This document shows positions 48,506-55,823 of a stretch of 62,900 nucleotides of DNA, piece by piece. The notes under the pieces were generated by a model. The model searched no databases. It saw nothing but the letters and a program-made list of their open reading frames with translations, and was not told where the DNA came from. A program made the position numbers and the translations under genes. The stretch's first letter is position 1. The number at the start of each line of letters is the position of its first letter. This DNA comes from a virus (lineage: Duplodnaviria > Caudoviricetes): the IMG/VR virus record IMGVR_UViG_3300031857_000168, positions 1-62,900 of that record. The stretch is one strand, 5' to 3'.

Positions 48506-48693
48506 AGTGCTTCTCTTTTTTCTTTCATCCAGCTGACTACGTCCTCTTCTAGCCACAATAGTTTTCTTGTTTTTGGTATGCGCAGCACCGGCGGTAAAGT
48601 TCCCGGTCGGCGGCGTGCGTCAGAGCGGATTGTTTCAGGTGTTCTGTGTAACAACTTTGCCAGCTCTTCGACACCAATAGTTTTAAGGTTCAT
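48502..48693 (-). CDS. Excisionase/AlpA-like HTH DNA-binding protein
   Basis: EELAKLLHRTPETIR..LPP..LLWLEEDV..W. Confidence 0.65.
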   Translation of the reverse strand: MNLKTIGVEELAKLLHRTPETIRSDARRRPGTLPPVLRIPKTRKLLWLEEDVVSWMKEKREAL

Positions 48694-50711
48694 CAATCAA
48701 TCTCCTTCATGTAATACGGTGTCTCGAATCCATCCCCACGCAGTGGAAGCCCGGGCGCCCAATGGATCGGCCGCCCCATAACTTCTTCAGCGGTCTTTAC
48801 GTTTCGTGGGCCGTTTATCAATTCCTCCATGACGATCTCATCATGTACCGTAGTCAGCATGGTGTAGCCTTCTTGATGTAGACGGTGCATGGATTCAGCC
48901 AGACAGTCGCGGGCGATAGCTTGTGTGATGTTTTCCACCAGCTTGCCGCCATAAGTCGGCACGCGGGTCCATTGCTTCGTCTTCTGGTCCATGCCTTCGT
49001 AAGTCAATGAGCCCGCTCTGGCTACGGCAAACTTTGAACCATCACTTTTCTCTCGGTACAGTTCTTCTTTTTCTATTCGAGGTTTGACGTAGGACAACCG
49101 CCGTCCACTGGGCAGCGTGATAAACAGGAACCCAGACTCCCACTTAAATATCAATTTGGATTTCCCGCCAGCGATCGGCAGGGCTATCTCGCAATGATTG
49201 CCGACAGCCTGCTTGGCCGCCCCTTCACAGTCATACCAGAGGTGCACAATCTCCGGGTTGGCTTCACGCCAAGCTTCTTTAATCGGGTCCAGCTCGTCCT
49301 CACGAAGGCCCATATCAAGTGCACCCATGGTCTTCAGTGCGCCGGCTCCGCCTTGATATCCCAGCGCCAGCTCGGCCACCTTCCCTTTGAATCGATACGG
49401 TGATTTCTTATCGACGCTCCCGGGCGGCAGCTTGAACATTTGCTCAGCTGATGCTTCGTAGATTTTGCCGTGCGTATTGAACACATCGAGACGCCACCGG
49501 CACCAAGCCAGCCAAGCAACAACCCGGGCTTCAATCGCGCTGAAGTCAACGATCACAAACTTATGCCCGGGGCGCGCGACGAACGCGGTTCTGATCAGCT
49601 GTGACAGCGTATCGAACACGCTGCCAAACAGCATTTCAATATCAGCGAATCGACCATCACGCATTAGCCTGCGGGCTAGATCGATGTCACGTAATTTATT
49701 TTGCGGAAGGTTCTGTACCTGTACCAGACGCCCGGCCCAGCGTCCGGTGCGGTTGGCCCCATAGAATTGCGTTAGCCCACGCACGGCGCCGTCTGGGCAC
49801 ATTGCCCGCTGCATCGCGTGATACTTTGACACGCTGGTCTTGGCCAGCTCTTGACGCAGCTCAAGTACCCTACGCACTGTGTCGCTGTCAGTGCCGGTTA
49901 GAATTTTCGGTATGGTCTTTTTTGTTATGTCGGATATCTCGACATCCTCATTGACTTGCAACCACGATAGAAGTTGGTTCCGGCTATTTGGGTTTGATAG
50001 CCCGGTCAATGCGATCGCTTCGTTAGTAAGTTTCTGTTTGAAAGTCTCATCGCAAATGATCGCGTGGTCTACTAGGTCTTGATCAATCATGATGCCATGT
50101 TGGTTCATCTGTTGATCAATCGCCCACAGGTCAAGTTCTTTGGCAGGCACAGGGAACTTAGCCAGCTTCAAAGCAATTTCTCTTTCTGACTCTACGTCAC
50201 GAATGCAGTACTCTCTGAACAAGCTCCATTTCTCTGGATCGTGATGCGGTAGATTCCTTGTGCGGCCGCCGTTCTTCTGGGTCGGTTTGCAAGGCAAACA
50301 AAAATACCTGACCAAGGATGACCCCTGATTCATTTTCTGTTTGTCGGTAGCAAGCCTGAGAACTTTACCGACGTCGGCCAAGTTGCCCGGCAGTCCAAGG
50401 TATAACGCATGAACGCTAGTGCACCGCCAGTGTTTGGGGTCCACCTTGCATTTATAGTGCGCGGCTATACAAGCTATTTCAAACGCGGCGTTGTATGCGG
50501 TTTTAATTACATTCGGGTCGTCGATTGCGTCAATCACATCGTCCGGTAATTCTTCGCCTTGTTTCAGATCGACCAGCTTTACAGGCTGGTCGTCGAAAGC
50601 ATAAGCAAACAACATGATTTCAAAGTCTAAACTAGATACATACTTATGCATCCCCGCTTTCTTCAGGTCGATGCTGCTGTAAGTCTCTAAGTCTATTCTT
50701 AATGTGGTCAT
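48693..50711 (-). CDS. DNA polymerase family A with 3'-5' exonuclease
   Basis: IDLETYS, AYNAAFE, DFSAIEAR, KVAELALGYQG, TVHDEIV. Confidence 0.95.
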   Translation of the reverse strand: MTTLRIDLETYSSIDLKKAGMHKYVSSLDFEIMLFAYAFDDQPVKLVDLKQGEELPDDVIDAIDDPNVIKTAYNAAFEIACIAAHYKCKVDPKHWRCTSVHALYLGLPGNLADVGKVLRLATDKQKMNQGSSLVRYFCLPCKPTQKNGGRTRNLPHHDPEKWSLFREYCIRDVESEREIALKLAKFPVPAKELDLWAIDQQMNQHGIMIDQDLVDHAIICDETFKQKLTNEAIALTGLSNPNSRNQLLSWLQVNEDVEISDITKKTIPKILTGTDSDTVRRVLELRQELAKTSVSKYHAMQRAMCPDGAVRGLTQFYGANRTGRWAGRLVQVQNLPQNKLRDIDLARRLMRDGRFADIEMLFGSVFDTLSQLIRTAFVARPGHKFVIVDFSAIEARVVAWLAWCRWRLDVFNTHGKIYEASAEQMFKLPPGSVDKKSPYRFKGKVAELALGYQGGAGALKTMGALDMGLREDELDPIKEAWREANPEIVHLWYDCEGAAKQAVGNHCEIALPIAGGKSKLIFKWESGFLFITLPSGRRLSYVKPRIEKEELYREKSDGSKFAVARAGSLTYEGMDQKTKQWTRVPTYGGKLVENITQAIARDCLAESMHRLHQEGYTMLTTVHDEIVMEELINGPRNVKTAEEVMGRPIHWAPGLPLRGDGFETPYYMKEID

Positions 50712-50832
50712 GTTCTTTTTCTGCGGCTTCTAGTCTGGTCAACACTTTATCAATAAGCTGTTCAGCTCTTCGCAATAGAATGACTAACTCTTCACGCGTG
50801 AGGTCGTCAAGCTTCTGCTTGCTCTGGTGCAT
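50644..50832 (-). CDS. Small coiled-coil protein
   Basis: Heptad pattern; fills gap, overlaps polymerase start. Confidence 0.45.
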   Translation of the reverse strand: MHQSKQKLDDLTREELVILLRRAEQLIDKVLTRLEAAEKEHDHIKNRLRDLQQHRPEESGDA

Positions 50833-51013
50833 CGGGCTTCTCGCTATCAGCTGATTTTGCTAGGCTCATAGATTGCAGTTGATACAGGTACTGTCCTCGA
50901 ATCTCATTAAACAAACCGTCGCTTTCTTCTCTCGGCATTTTGTTTAATGCTTTTAACACCAGCTCAACACCGGCTGGCACCATTTGTATATTGAGTATGA
51001 TTGGTTTATTCAT
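50807..51013 (-). CDS. Hypothetical protein
   Basis: AGGTG SD; VLKALNKMP. Confidence 0.65.
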   Translation of the reverse strand: MNKPIILNIQMVPAGVELVLKALNKMPREESDGLFNEIRGQYLYQLQSMSLAKSADSEKPDAPEQAEA

Positions 51014-51025
51014 TGGTCACCTATA

Positions 51026-51096
51026 AAAAGTGGGGTACTCGCTGCGTCTGCAAGCGCCATGCATCCACATTCGGTTCACAGCATCCGCTTTCCCCC
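51026..51096 (-). ncRNA. Candidate structured RNA with loop-E (GAA/AGUA) motif
   Basis: GGGGGAAAGCGGAUGCUG...CAGACGCAGCGAGUACCCC followed by U run. Confidence 0.45.
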
Positions 51097-51103
51097 GTAA
51101 CGA

Positions 51104-51667
51104 TTAACTCATGAAGTCTTCGTCGTCATCGCTGAAGTCAGAGTCTGCATTGGTGCGGCCAGACAACGGCTCACCGTCTTCGACTTTCTGAACATTCTGC
51201 AAACCCGCGCCGATACCTCGGTTCCCTTTCGCGTTGAATGGGAAGAAGTTAACCGACACGCGGGCATAGCAGCCGCTGTACACGTCAGATTCGCCGAGTG
51301 GGATCAGCTTGCCTTCGATGTCACGTTCTTTGCCAACGACACCCGGCTTATCCTTTGAGTTCGTGTTGATGAACCAATGGCCTTTGTACTCCGGGCTATC
51401 ACGCTCAGCATCACCGTCGCGTAGAGGCATCTTCAAACCCGCAGGAACTTTACCGCCCCACAGATCAGCGCCTTTAACCTTGGCTGCCTCAACAGCTGCC
51501 TTGATTTTAGCGACGGTCTCTGTGTCTCCCTTTGGAATCAAAAGGCACACGCTGTACTTCGGCTCTTGCCCTGCTTCTTGCGCGCGGGGCTTGAACAGAT
51601 TGGCGTACGAAAGGCGCACCTTACCGGTGATGATTTTGGTACCTGCATCTTTTGCTACTGTGGACAT
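51104..51667 (-). CDS. DUF2815 single-stranded DNA-binding protein
   Basis: VRLSYANLF, PLRDGD, VYSGCY, GLQNVQK..DGEPL, acidic tail. Confidence 0.9.
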   Translation of the reverse strand: MSTVAKDAGTKIITGKVRLSYANLFKPRAQEAGQEPKYSVCLLIPKGDTETVAKIKAAVEAAKVKGADLWGGKVPAGLKMPLRDGDAERDSPEYKGHWFINTNSKDKPGVVGKERDIEGKLIPLGESDVYSGCYARVSVNFFPFNAKGNRGIGAGLQNVQKVEDGEPLSGRTNADSDFSDDDEDFMS

Positions 51668-51688
51668 ACGGTCCTCCTATTTACTGAG

Positions 51689-52870
51689 TTACGAAAAATC
51701 TGCATCGACTGAATTCGATACAGGGATCGCCGGTCTTTTATCGCTGTCCGGCACCAGCGTTGGTTTACCCGCAGGCTTGGTAATCAGGTCACCAAGTATG
51801 CGAGTAAAGTCTTTGCCAAGAACTTTTTCCATGGCAGTAATCCCAAGCAACGACCGCTCATAAACAACAGCGTCATCGATGCCGTGGTTCTTTAATCTCA
51901 GTGCAACTTCATCTGCGTTTGTATACCGACGGTTGCTTCTGCCCTCAACCAACTTAAACCCGGGCACAAGATTACCTTTTGCTGCTTGCTTAAGTGAGTG
52001 CTCTTTGATGTCGTTCAACCACGCAATCACACTGTCAGCCTTCGGCAGGATTTCGGCGATCTGTTCCATCGTCAGCTGCTCCGCTGGCTTCAACGCGAAC
52101 TCGCTTTGCGCGACGGCCAAGGAAGCTTCCGCTCGCTTTGGGCAGGTAAATCGTGCCCGGCAAAAGCCGTCCTTGCAATGATCGCCTGCAACCAATTCAC
52201 CTTCACCGTTCCATGCAAGCTTCGCACGCGGGGCAACAAAGTTATTTGCCCAGTCTAACAGCTCATCGATCGCCAACTCTTCGCCGGTGTAATTATTCAA
52301 TCGCGGTTGTAGCACTAGCGTTCTAACTCGGAAGATGTCATACAGCATGCCGAACTGGTTATAAGCACCGAGACCGTACAGCCGCATTTGAGAATTGTTT
52401 GCGCCATCAACATAGATGCCTTTGCCGTATTTTAAATCGATGACTTCAACCAAGCCGTCAGTAATTATCACAAGATCACCAGTGCCAAAACCTTGAGGTA
52501 CCCAAGGGCTGAAGTCCAGTCGTTGCTCGACCATAAAGATCGGGTCTTTGCACCGCTTCCTTGCTTCTTTAATTAGCTCAAGTGAACGTGTATGCGCAGC
52601 CAGCACATTGTCCAAAAGACTCTTGGACCAAAACTCATGCGCCTCTTGTTCCTTGCGTTTGGTTTTGTATTCCTTGTCGCTTATTAAACCTAATTCAAAC
52701 TTCAACATGTTCTCGAATACATCATGCGCGAACGTGCCTTCACGTGCGAAGTCTGTATCTGAATCAGCAAACGGCTCTTCCATCCGCATGCTGGGTGTAC
52801 ATGTCAACCACTTCTCTGAACCAGAAGCAGAAAGCTTTGCATGCAATTTTACTGGCGCGATATTAGCCAT
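51689..52870 (-). CDS. DUF2800 Cas4-like PD-(D/E)xK exonuclease
   Basis: HAKLSASG..W..C, EGTFAH, FGTGD, IDLKYGKG, QMRLYGLG, C..FC..C. Confidence 0.9.
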   Translation of the reverse strand: MANIAPVKLHAKLSASGSEKWLTCTPSMRMEEPFADSDTDFAREGTFAHDVFENMLKFELGLISDKEYKTKRKEQEAHEFWSKSLLDNVLAAHTRSLELIKEARKRCKDPIFMVEQRLDFSPWVPQGFGTGDLVIITDGLVEVIDLKYGKGIYVDGANNSQMRLYGLGAYNQFGMLYDIFRVRTLVLQPRLNNYTGEELAIDELLDWANNFVAPRAKLAWNGEGELVAGDHCKDGFCRARFTCPKRAEASLAVAQSEFALKPAEQLTMEQIAEILPKADSVIAWLNDIKEHSLKQAAKGNLVPGFKLVEGRSNRRYTNADEVALRLKNHGIDDAVVYERSLLGITAMEKVLGKDFTRILGDLITKPAGKPTLVPDSDKRPAIPVSNSVDADFS

Positions 52871-53024
52871 TGAATTTCTCCTGCTTAACCATCCCCTCGG
52901 CAATAGAGAAAGCTTCTTTTTGTAGCTCTTCGTTAGTGTTCTTTTTGTTCTTTGCGATTAGACCGATCAAAGCAAAAGCAGCATACAGTCGCAGCCAGTC
53001 TTGCTTATCCGAACCGGAAGTCAT
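52863..53024 (-). CDS. Hypothetical protein
   Basis: LRLYAAFALIGL motif; ATGA overlap. Confidence 0.55.
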   Translation of the reverse strand: MTSGSDKQDWLRLYAAFALIGLIAKNKKNTNEELQKEAFSIAEGMVKQEKFNG

Positions 53025-53158
53025 GTCAACCACCGGTACACGTTGCGACCAAAAACAAATACCAAAGCTGTCCAAGTACCCACTGCCGCAGCACTGCCGA
53101 CGATGGCAAGAATCAAGGCGATGATTGTCAGCGCGCCTTTCGCAAGCTCCTCACCCAT
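53021..53158 (-). CDS. 45-aa membrane protein (MGEELAKGALTII...)
   Basis: Translated by hand; GGAGG SD; hydrophobic. Confidence 0.55.
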   Translation of the reverse strand: MGEELAKGALTIIALILAIVGSAAAVGTWTALVFVFGRNVYRWLT

Positions 53159-53399
53159 TTAAACCTCCCTCTGGCACTATGAGTTTAGGCGCTGCTATTG
53201 GCGGCTCATCTTCAGTCTGCGGGGTGCTGGCCCAGCGGATCGCTTCGCTGTATACGTTAGCCATATGCGAGTGCAAGAACAGACCGATGATGGTGGCAGG
53301 CGTAACGTCCAATTGATCGGGGCCCACCGGCGGATCAATCTTGCCTATGGTTTTTATCTCGCCGTCCTCGTCCCATATTTCGATAATGACTTTAGCCAT
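53151..53399 (-). CDS. Hypothetical protein
   Basis: GGAGG SD. Confidence 0.6.
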   Translation of the reverse strand: MAKVIIEIWDEDGEIKTIGKIDPPVGPDQLDVTPATIIGLFLHSHMANVYSEAIRWASTPQTEDEPPIAAPKLIVPEGGLNG

Positions 53400-53862
53400 G
53401 GAGTGCCTCCACTTCATCCAAGAACAAGCCGTACATGTCAGACGAAAGGCTGCTCAGGTTTGCCGCCCCGTATTTTTTCAGCAGCTCACGGATCGCGTTG
53501 CCGTGGCCAGCCTGTGACAGGTGGGCGGTCTTTGCGCGGATGTCTTCAAGGGTGATTTTGGTAGCCGGCTTCTCAGCCGGGGCGGCTTCTTCCGATGCCA
53601 CAGCTTCGGGCTCAGGTGCAGCCTTGCGGCGGCGCTTCTTTACTACTTGCTCGCCCTCGTCAACAACCGGCGCGGGTTCGCTTGTCTGCTCTGGGAAGCT
53701 TGTTGCGATATTCGCCTGCCCGTAGTTCGCTGGGGCCAGTGCGCCAAAGTGTTTCATCCGCTGTTCGCGGGCCTGCTCATACGCGTTTGCCATGGCCAGC
53801 AGGTACTCTGCGGTGGCGCGCATCTCTTCGGGGTCCCGAATGTCGAGTTTCATTTCAATCAT
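53392..53862 (-). CDS. Replication-module protein with Ala/Pro linker and C-terminal helical domain
   Basis: ITLEDIRA..LLKKYGAANLSSL; typical upstream of DUF2800. Confidence 0.7.
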   Translation of the reverse strand: MIEMKLDIRDPEEMRATAEYLLAMANAYEQAREQRMKHFGALAPANYGQANIATSFPEQTSEPAPVVDEGEQVVKKRRRKAAPEPEAVASEEAAPAEKPATKITLEDIRAKTAHLSQAGHGNAIRELLKKYGAANLSSLSSDMYGLFLDEVEALHG

Positions 53863-53890
53863 GTTGCCGTCCTCTTGTTGTTGGTGAATT

Positions 53891-54031
53891 CTATTGGTCA
53901 GTCCAGCTGGCCAGTGCGTCGATCTTTTCTTCTAGCCGCTTGGCTAGTTCAGTAATCAACGGGTTTGCGTAATAAGCGTCGCACTCTTTCAAAAGCTCTT
54001 CGTCTGTTAGGTGGTCGTAGCTGGGTCTCAT
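53891..54031 (-). CDS. 46-aa protein (MRPSYDHLTDEELL...)
   Basis: Translated by hand; AGGAGG SD. Confidence 0.55.
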   Translation of the reverse strand: MRPSYDHLTDEELLKECDAYYANPLITELAKRLEEKIDALASWTDQ

Positions 54032-54228
54032 CCCATCCTCCTGAATTGTCGAACCTTGTCCGGTTGCTGGGACTTGGCGGCCTCGTCCTCGGCCTTCTGT
54101 TTCAACTCGCGCTTGATGGCTTTAAATTTCTTGGCCAAGTCAGTGCTTGCGGAGTCGGTGTACTTAAAGCGTTGGTCCAAGATGGACGTCGGCTTCTCCA
54201 CGTTTTCAATCTTCGATTTAGGTTTCAT
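54028..54228 (-). CDS. Hypothetical protein (SILD..FKYT.S.STD motif)
   Basis: AAGGA SD. Confidence 0.65.
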   Translation of the reverse strand: MKPKSKIENVEKPTSILDQRFKYTDSASTDLAKKFKAIKRELKQKAEDEAAKSQQPDKVRQFRRMG

Positions 54229-54296
54229 GCTGGTCCTTTCATGCACCCGCCGGCGGATGCTACCATCGGTTTCACAAGCGTGCAAGATACACGTTT

Positions 54297-54366
54297 AAAC
54301 TATTTTGTGCGGCACAGGACGGCAAAACACGGACTACTTGCGCCTGCCGATTAAGGCGGATATTAT
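54297..54366. promoter_or_regulatory. Back-to-back divergent sigma70-like promoters
   Basis: Minus strand TTGCCG-17-TAGTTT; plus strand TTGCGC-17-TATTAT. Confidence 0.5.
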
Positions 54367-54372
54367 CAGCCC

Positions 54373-54570
54373 ATGGACCACATCACACTCGTTTTGGATT
54401 TGCATTCTTTACAGAACCTAATCCACGGTAAAGACATCGTCTTTCATTCTGACGATGGCACCGGCGTTCCCATCGTGGTTACCTGTGACGTAAATACAAC
54501 ACACGCCATGCGCAGTGCCGTGCATTTGGCGATGCTGAACCTGCTTCCCCCGGCGCCCGGGGTTCACTAG
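54373..54570 (+). CDS. Hypothetical protein (possibly near-leaderless)
   Basis: ATG 6 nt after the -10 box; no SD. Confidence 0.5.
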   Translation: MDHITLVLDLHSLQNLIHGKDIVFHSDDGTGVPIVVTCDVNTTHAMRSAVHLAMLNLLPPAPGVH

Positions 54571-54580
54571 GAGACTGTTA

Positions 54581-54736
54581 ATGGAAAAGAAATTTTGGGA
54601 CACGCCTTCCCCTGAAGGGAAGCCGAAGAAGCTGACCGCCGCTCAGAAGCTGGCCGCCAAGAAGCGCGCCGCTGACGCCGGCCGTCCTTACCCGAATCTG
54701 GTTGACAACGCCGCCGTTGCAAGGCGTAGCAAATAG
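54581..54736 (+). CDS. 51-aa Lys/Arg-rich protein (...AGRPYPNLVDN...)
   Basis: Translated by hand; TAGGAG SD. Confidence 0.7.
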   Translation: MEKKFWDTPSPEGKPKKLTAAQKLAAKKRAADAGRPYPNLVDNAAVARRSK

Positions 54737-54739
54737 GCA

Positions 54740-55046
54740 ACGCACGCGCGTAGCGCCCAGCGGTGGGTGGCGCGGAGCGCTCATGCAGTAACCCCCGCAG
54801 TTGGGGCCGGGTTGCCCCTCGCAAGCTCGTACCCGGTGACCCAGCGGACACCCCGGAAAGACGGGGGCTAACACGGAAGGGCAGCGAAGAGTGACAGTGG
54901 CATATCGCACACGGCTGATGGGGAACGCCGCTGCTCTTCCGTGTTGGTGAGATGGCAGATCGCACCACTGCCAACGAGAGAGAGAGAGAACCAACATGAC
55001 ACCCCGGAAAGACGGGGACTATCAATCTGCCGCCGAAAGGCGGCAT
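54740..55046 (+). ncRNA. Candidate multi-hairpin structured RNA
   Basis: GACACCCCGGAAAGACGGGG twice, ~20-bp stem with G-U pairs, GCCGCC-GAAA-GGCGGC hairpin. Confidence 0.5.
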
Positions 55047-55064
55047 TCACACATAGGGGGTCTT

Positions 55065-55229
55065 ATGACAGACAGAGCTTTGCTGCAGGTCGCCCTGCAT
55101 GCATTAGAAAAACACGCGCTCACAAAAGAAGAGAAGCTCATAGCGTTGATTCGAGAACAACTAAAAAAACCTGAACGGCAAAAAACAGTTTATGTGCTCG
55201 ACACAGTCAAAAGAAAGATGTACGCATGA
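55065..55229 (+). CDS. Hypothetical protein
   Basis: AGGGGG SD; MTDRALLQVAL. Confidence 0.6.
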   Translation: MTDRALLQVALHALEKHALTKEEKLIALIREQLKKPERQKTVYVLDTVKRKMYA

Positions 55230-55244
55230 CACGCGGAGATAACA

Positions 55245-55439
55245 ATGGCTAAATTACCGTACACCATCACGATCTGCCCAGACGAGCCAAACCCTAAGCA
55301 GTTCACCGCGATGACGCCACAGTTGATCAACGCTATGCGGTTTGGTTACGACATGACGATTGATCAGCGGCAGCAAATGTACCCCTCAGCACCGCAGGGT
55401 ATAACGCAGATCAATAATCACAAGGAGAAGAACACATGA
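55245..55439 (+). CDS. Hypothetical protein
   Basis: GGAG SD. Confidence 0.6.
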   Translation: MAKLPYTITICPDEPNPKQFTAMTPQLINAMRFGYDMTIDQRQQMYPSAPQGITQINNHKEKNT

Positions 55440-55500
55440 AGCCGACAGCATGGCTTTCACCCGAAGGGCTTTTGATTCCGCACGACCGGTGGGGGCAGGG

Positions 55501-55797
55501 ATGAATGACCTAATATTATTTATAGCTGGCGGACTTTGGGTTTTTGTAATGGCGTGTTTATTTGCTTTTATCGAACACTTGCACCGAAAAATAAAACTTC
55601 GGGAGAAAATCATGATAAGAAACTGGTTTGCTATGAAATGGTGTGACCTATTCCATGTAGGCGGAGATATAAAGCTTGATTGCCATGATCGAATAAATTG
55701 GCAGTGCCGATCTTGCGGTCGATGGGCTGAGCCAGTAGACAAGCAAGTCGAGCGTTTAATGACTGAGCAGGCGATTAAGAACAAAGCCCGGCAGTAA
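55501..55797 (+). CDS. Hypothetical protein, N-terminal TM and CxxC
   Basis: TM helix then WC..H..WQCRSCG; could be two fused units. Confidence 0.5.
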   Translation: MNDLILFIAGGLWVFVMACLFAFIEHLHRKIKLREKIMIRNWFAMKWCDLFHVGGDIKLDCHDRINWQCRSCGRWAEPVDKQVERLMTEQAIKNKARQ

Positions 55798-55823
55798 AAA
55801 TTTATAACGAGGGAAAAAACGTG

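Noticed and set aside
54740-55046. tRNA or twister ribozyme in the hairpin array
   Set aside because: No T-loop GTTCRA cloverleaf; twister core and pseudoknot partners could not be completed
55436-55504. 22-codon ORF MKPTAWLSPEG...
   Set aside because: Has an SD but is too short to support; possibly a gene remnant
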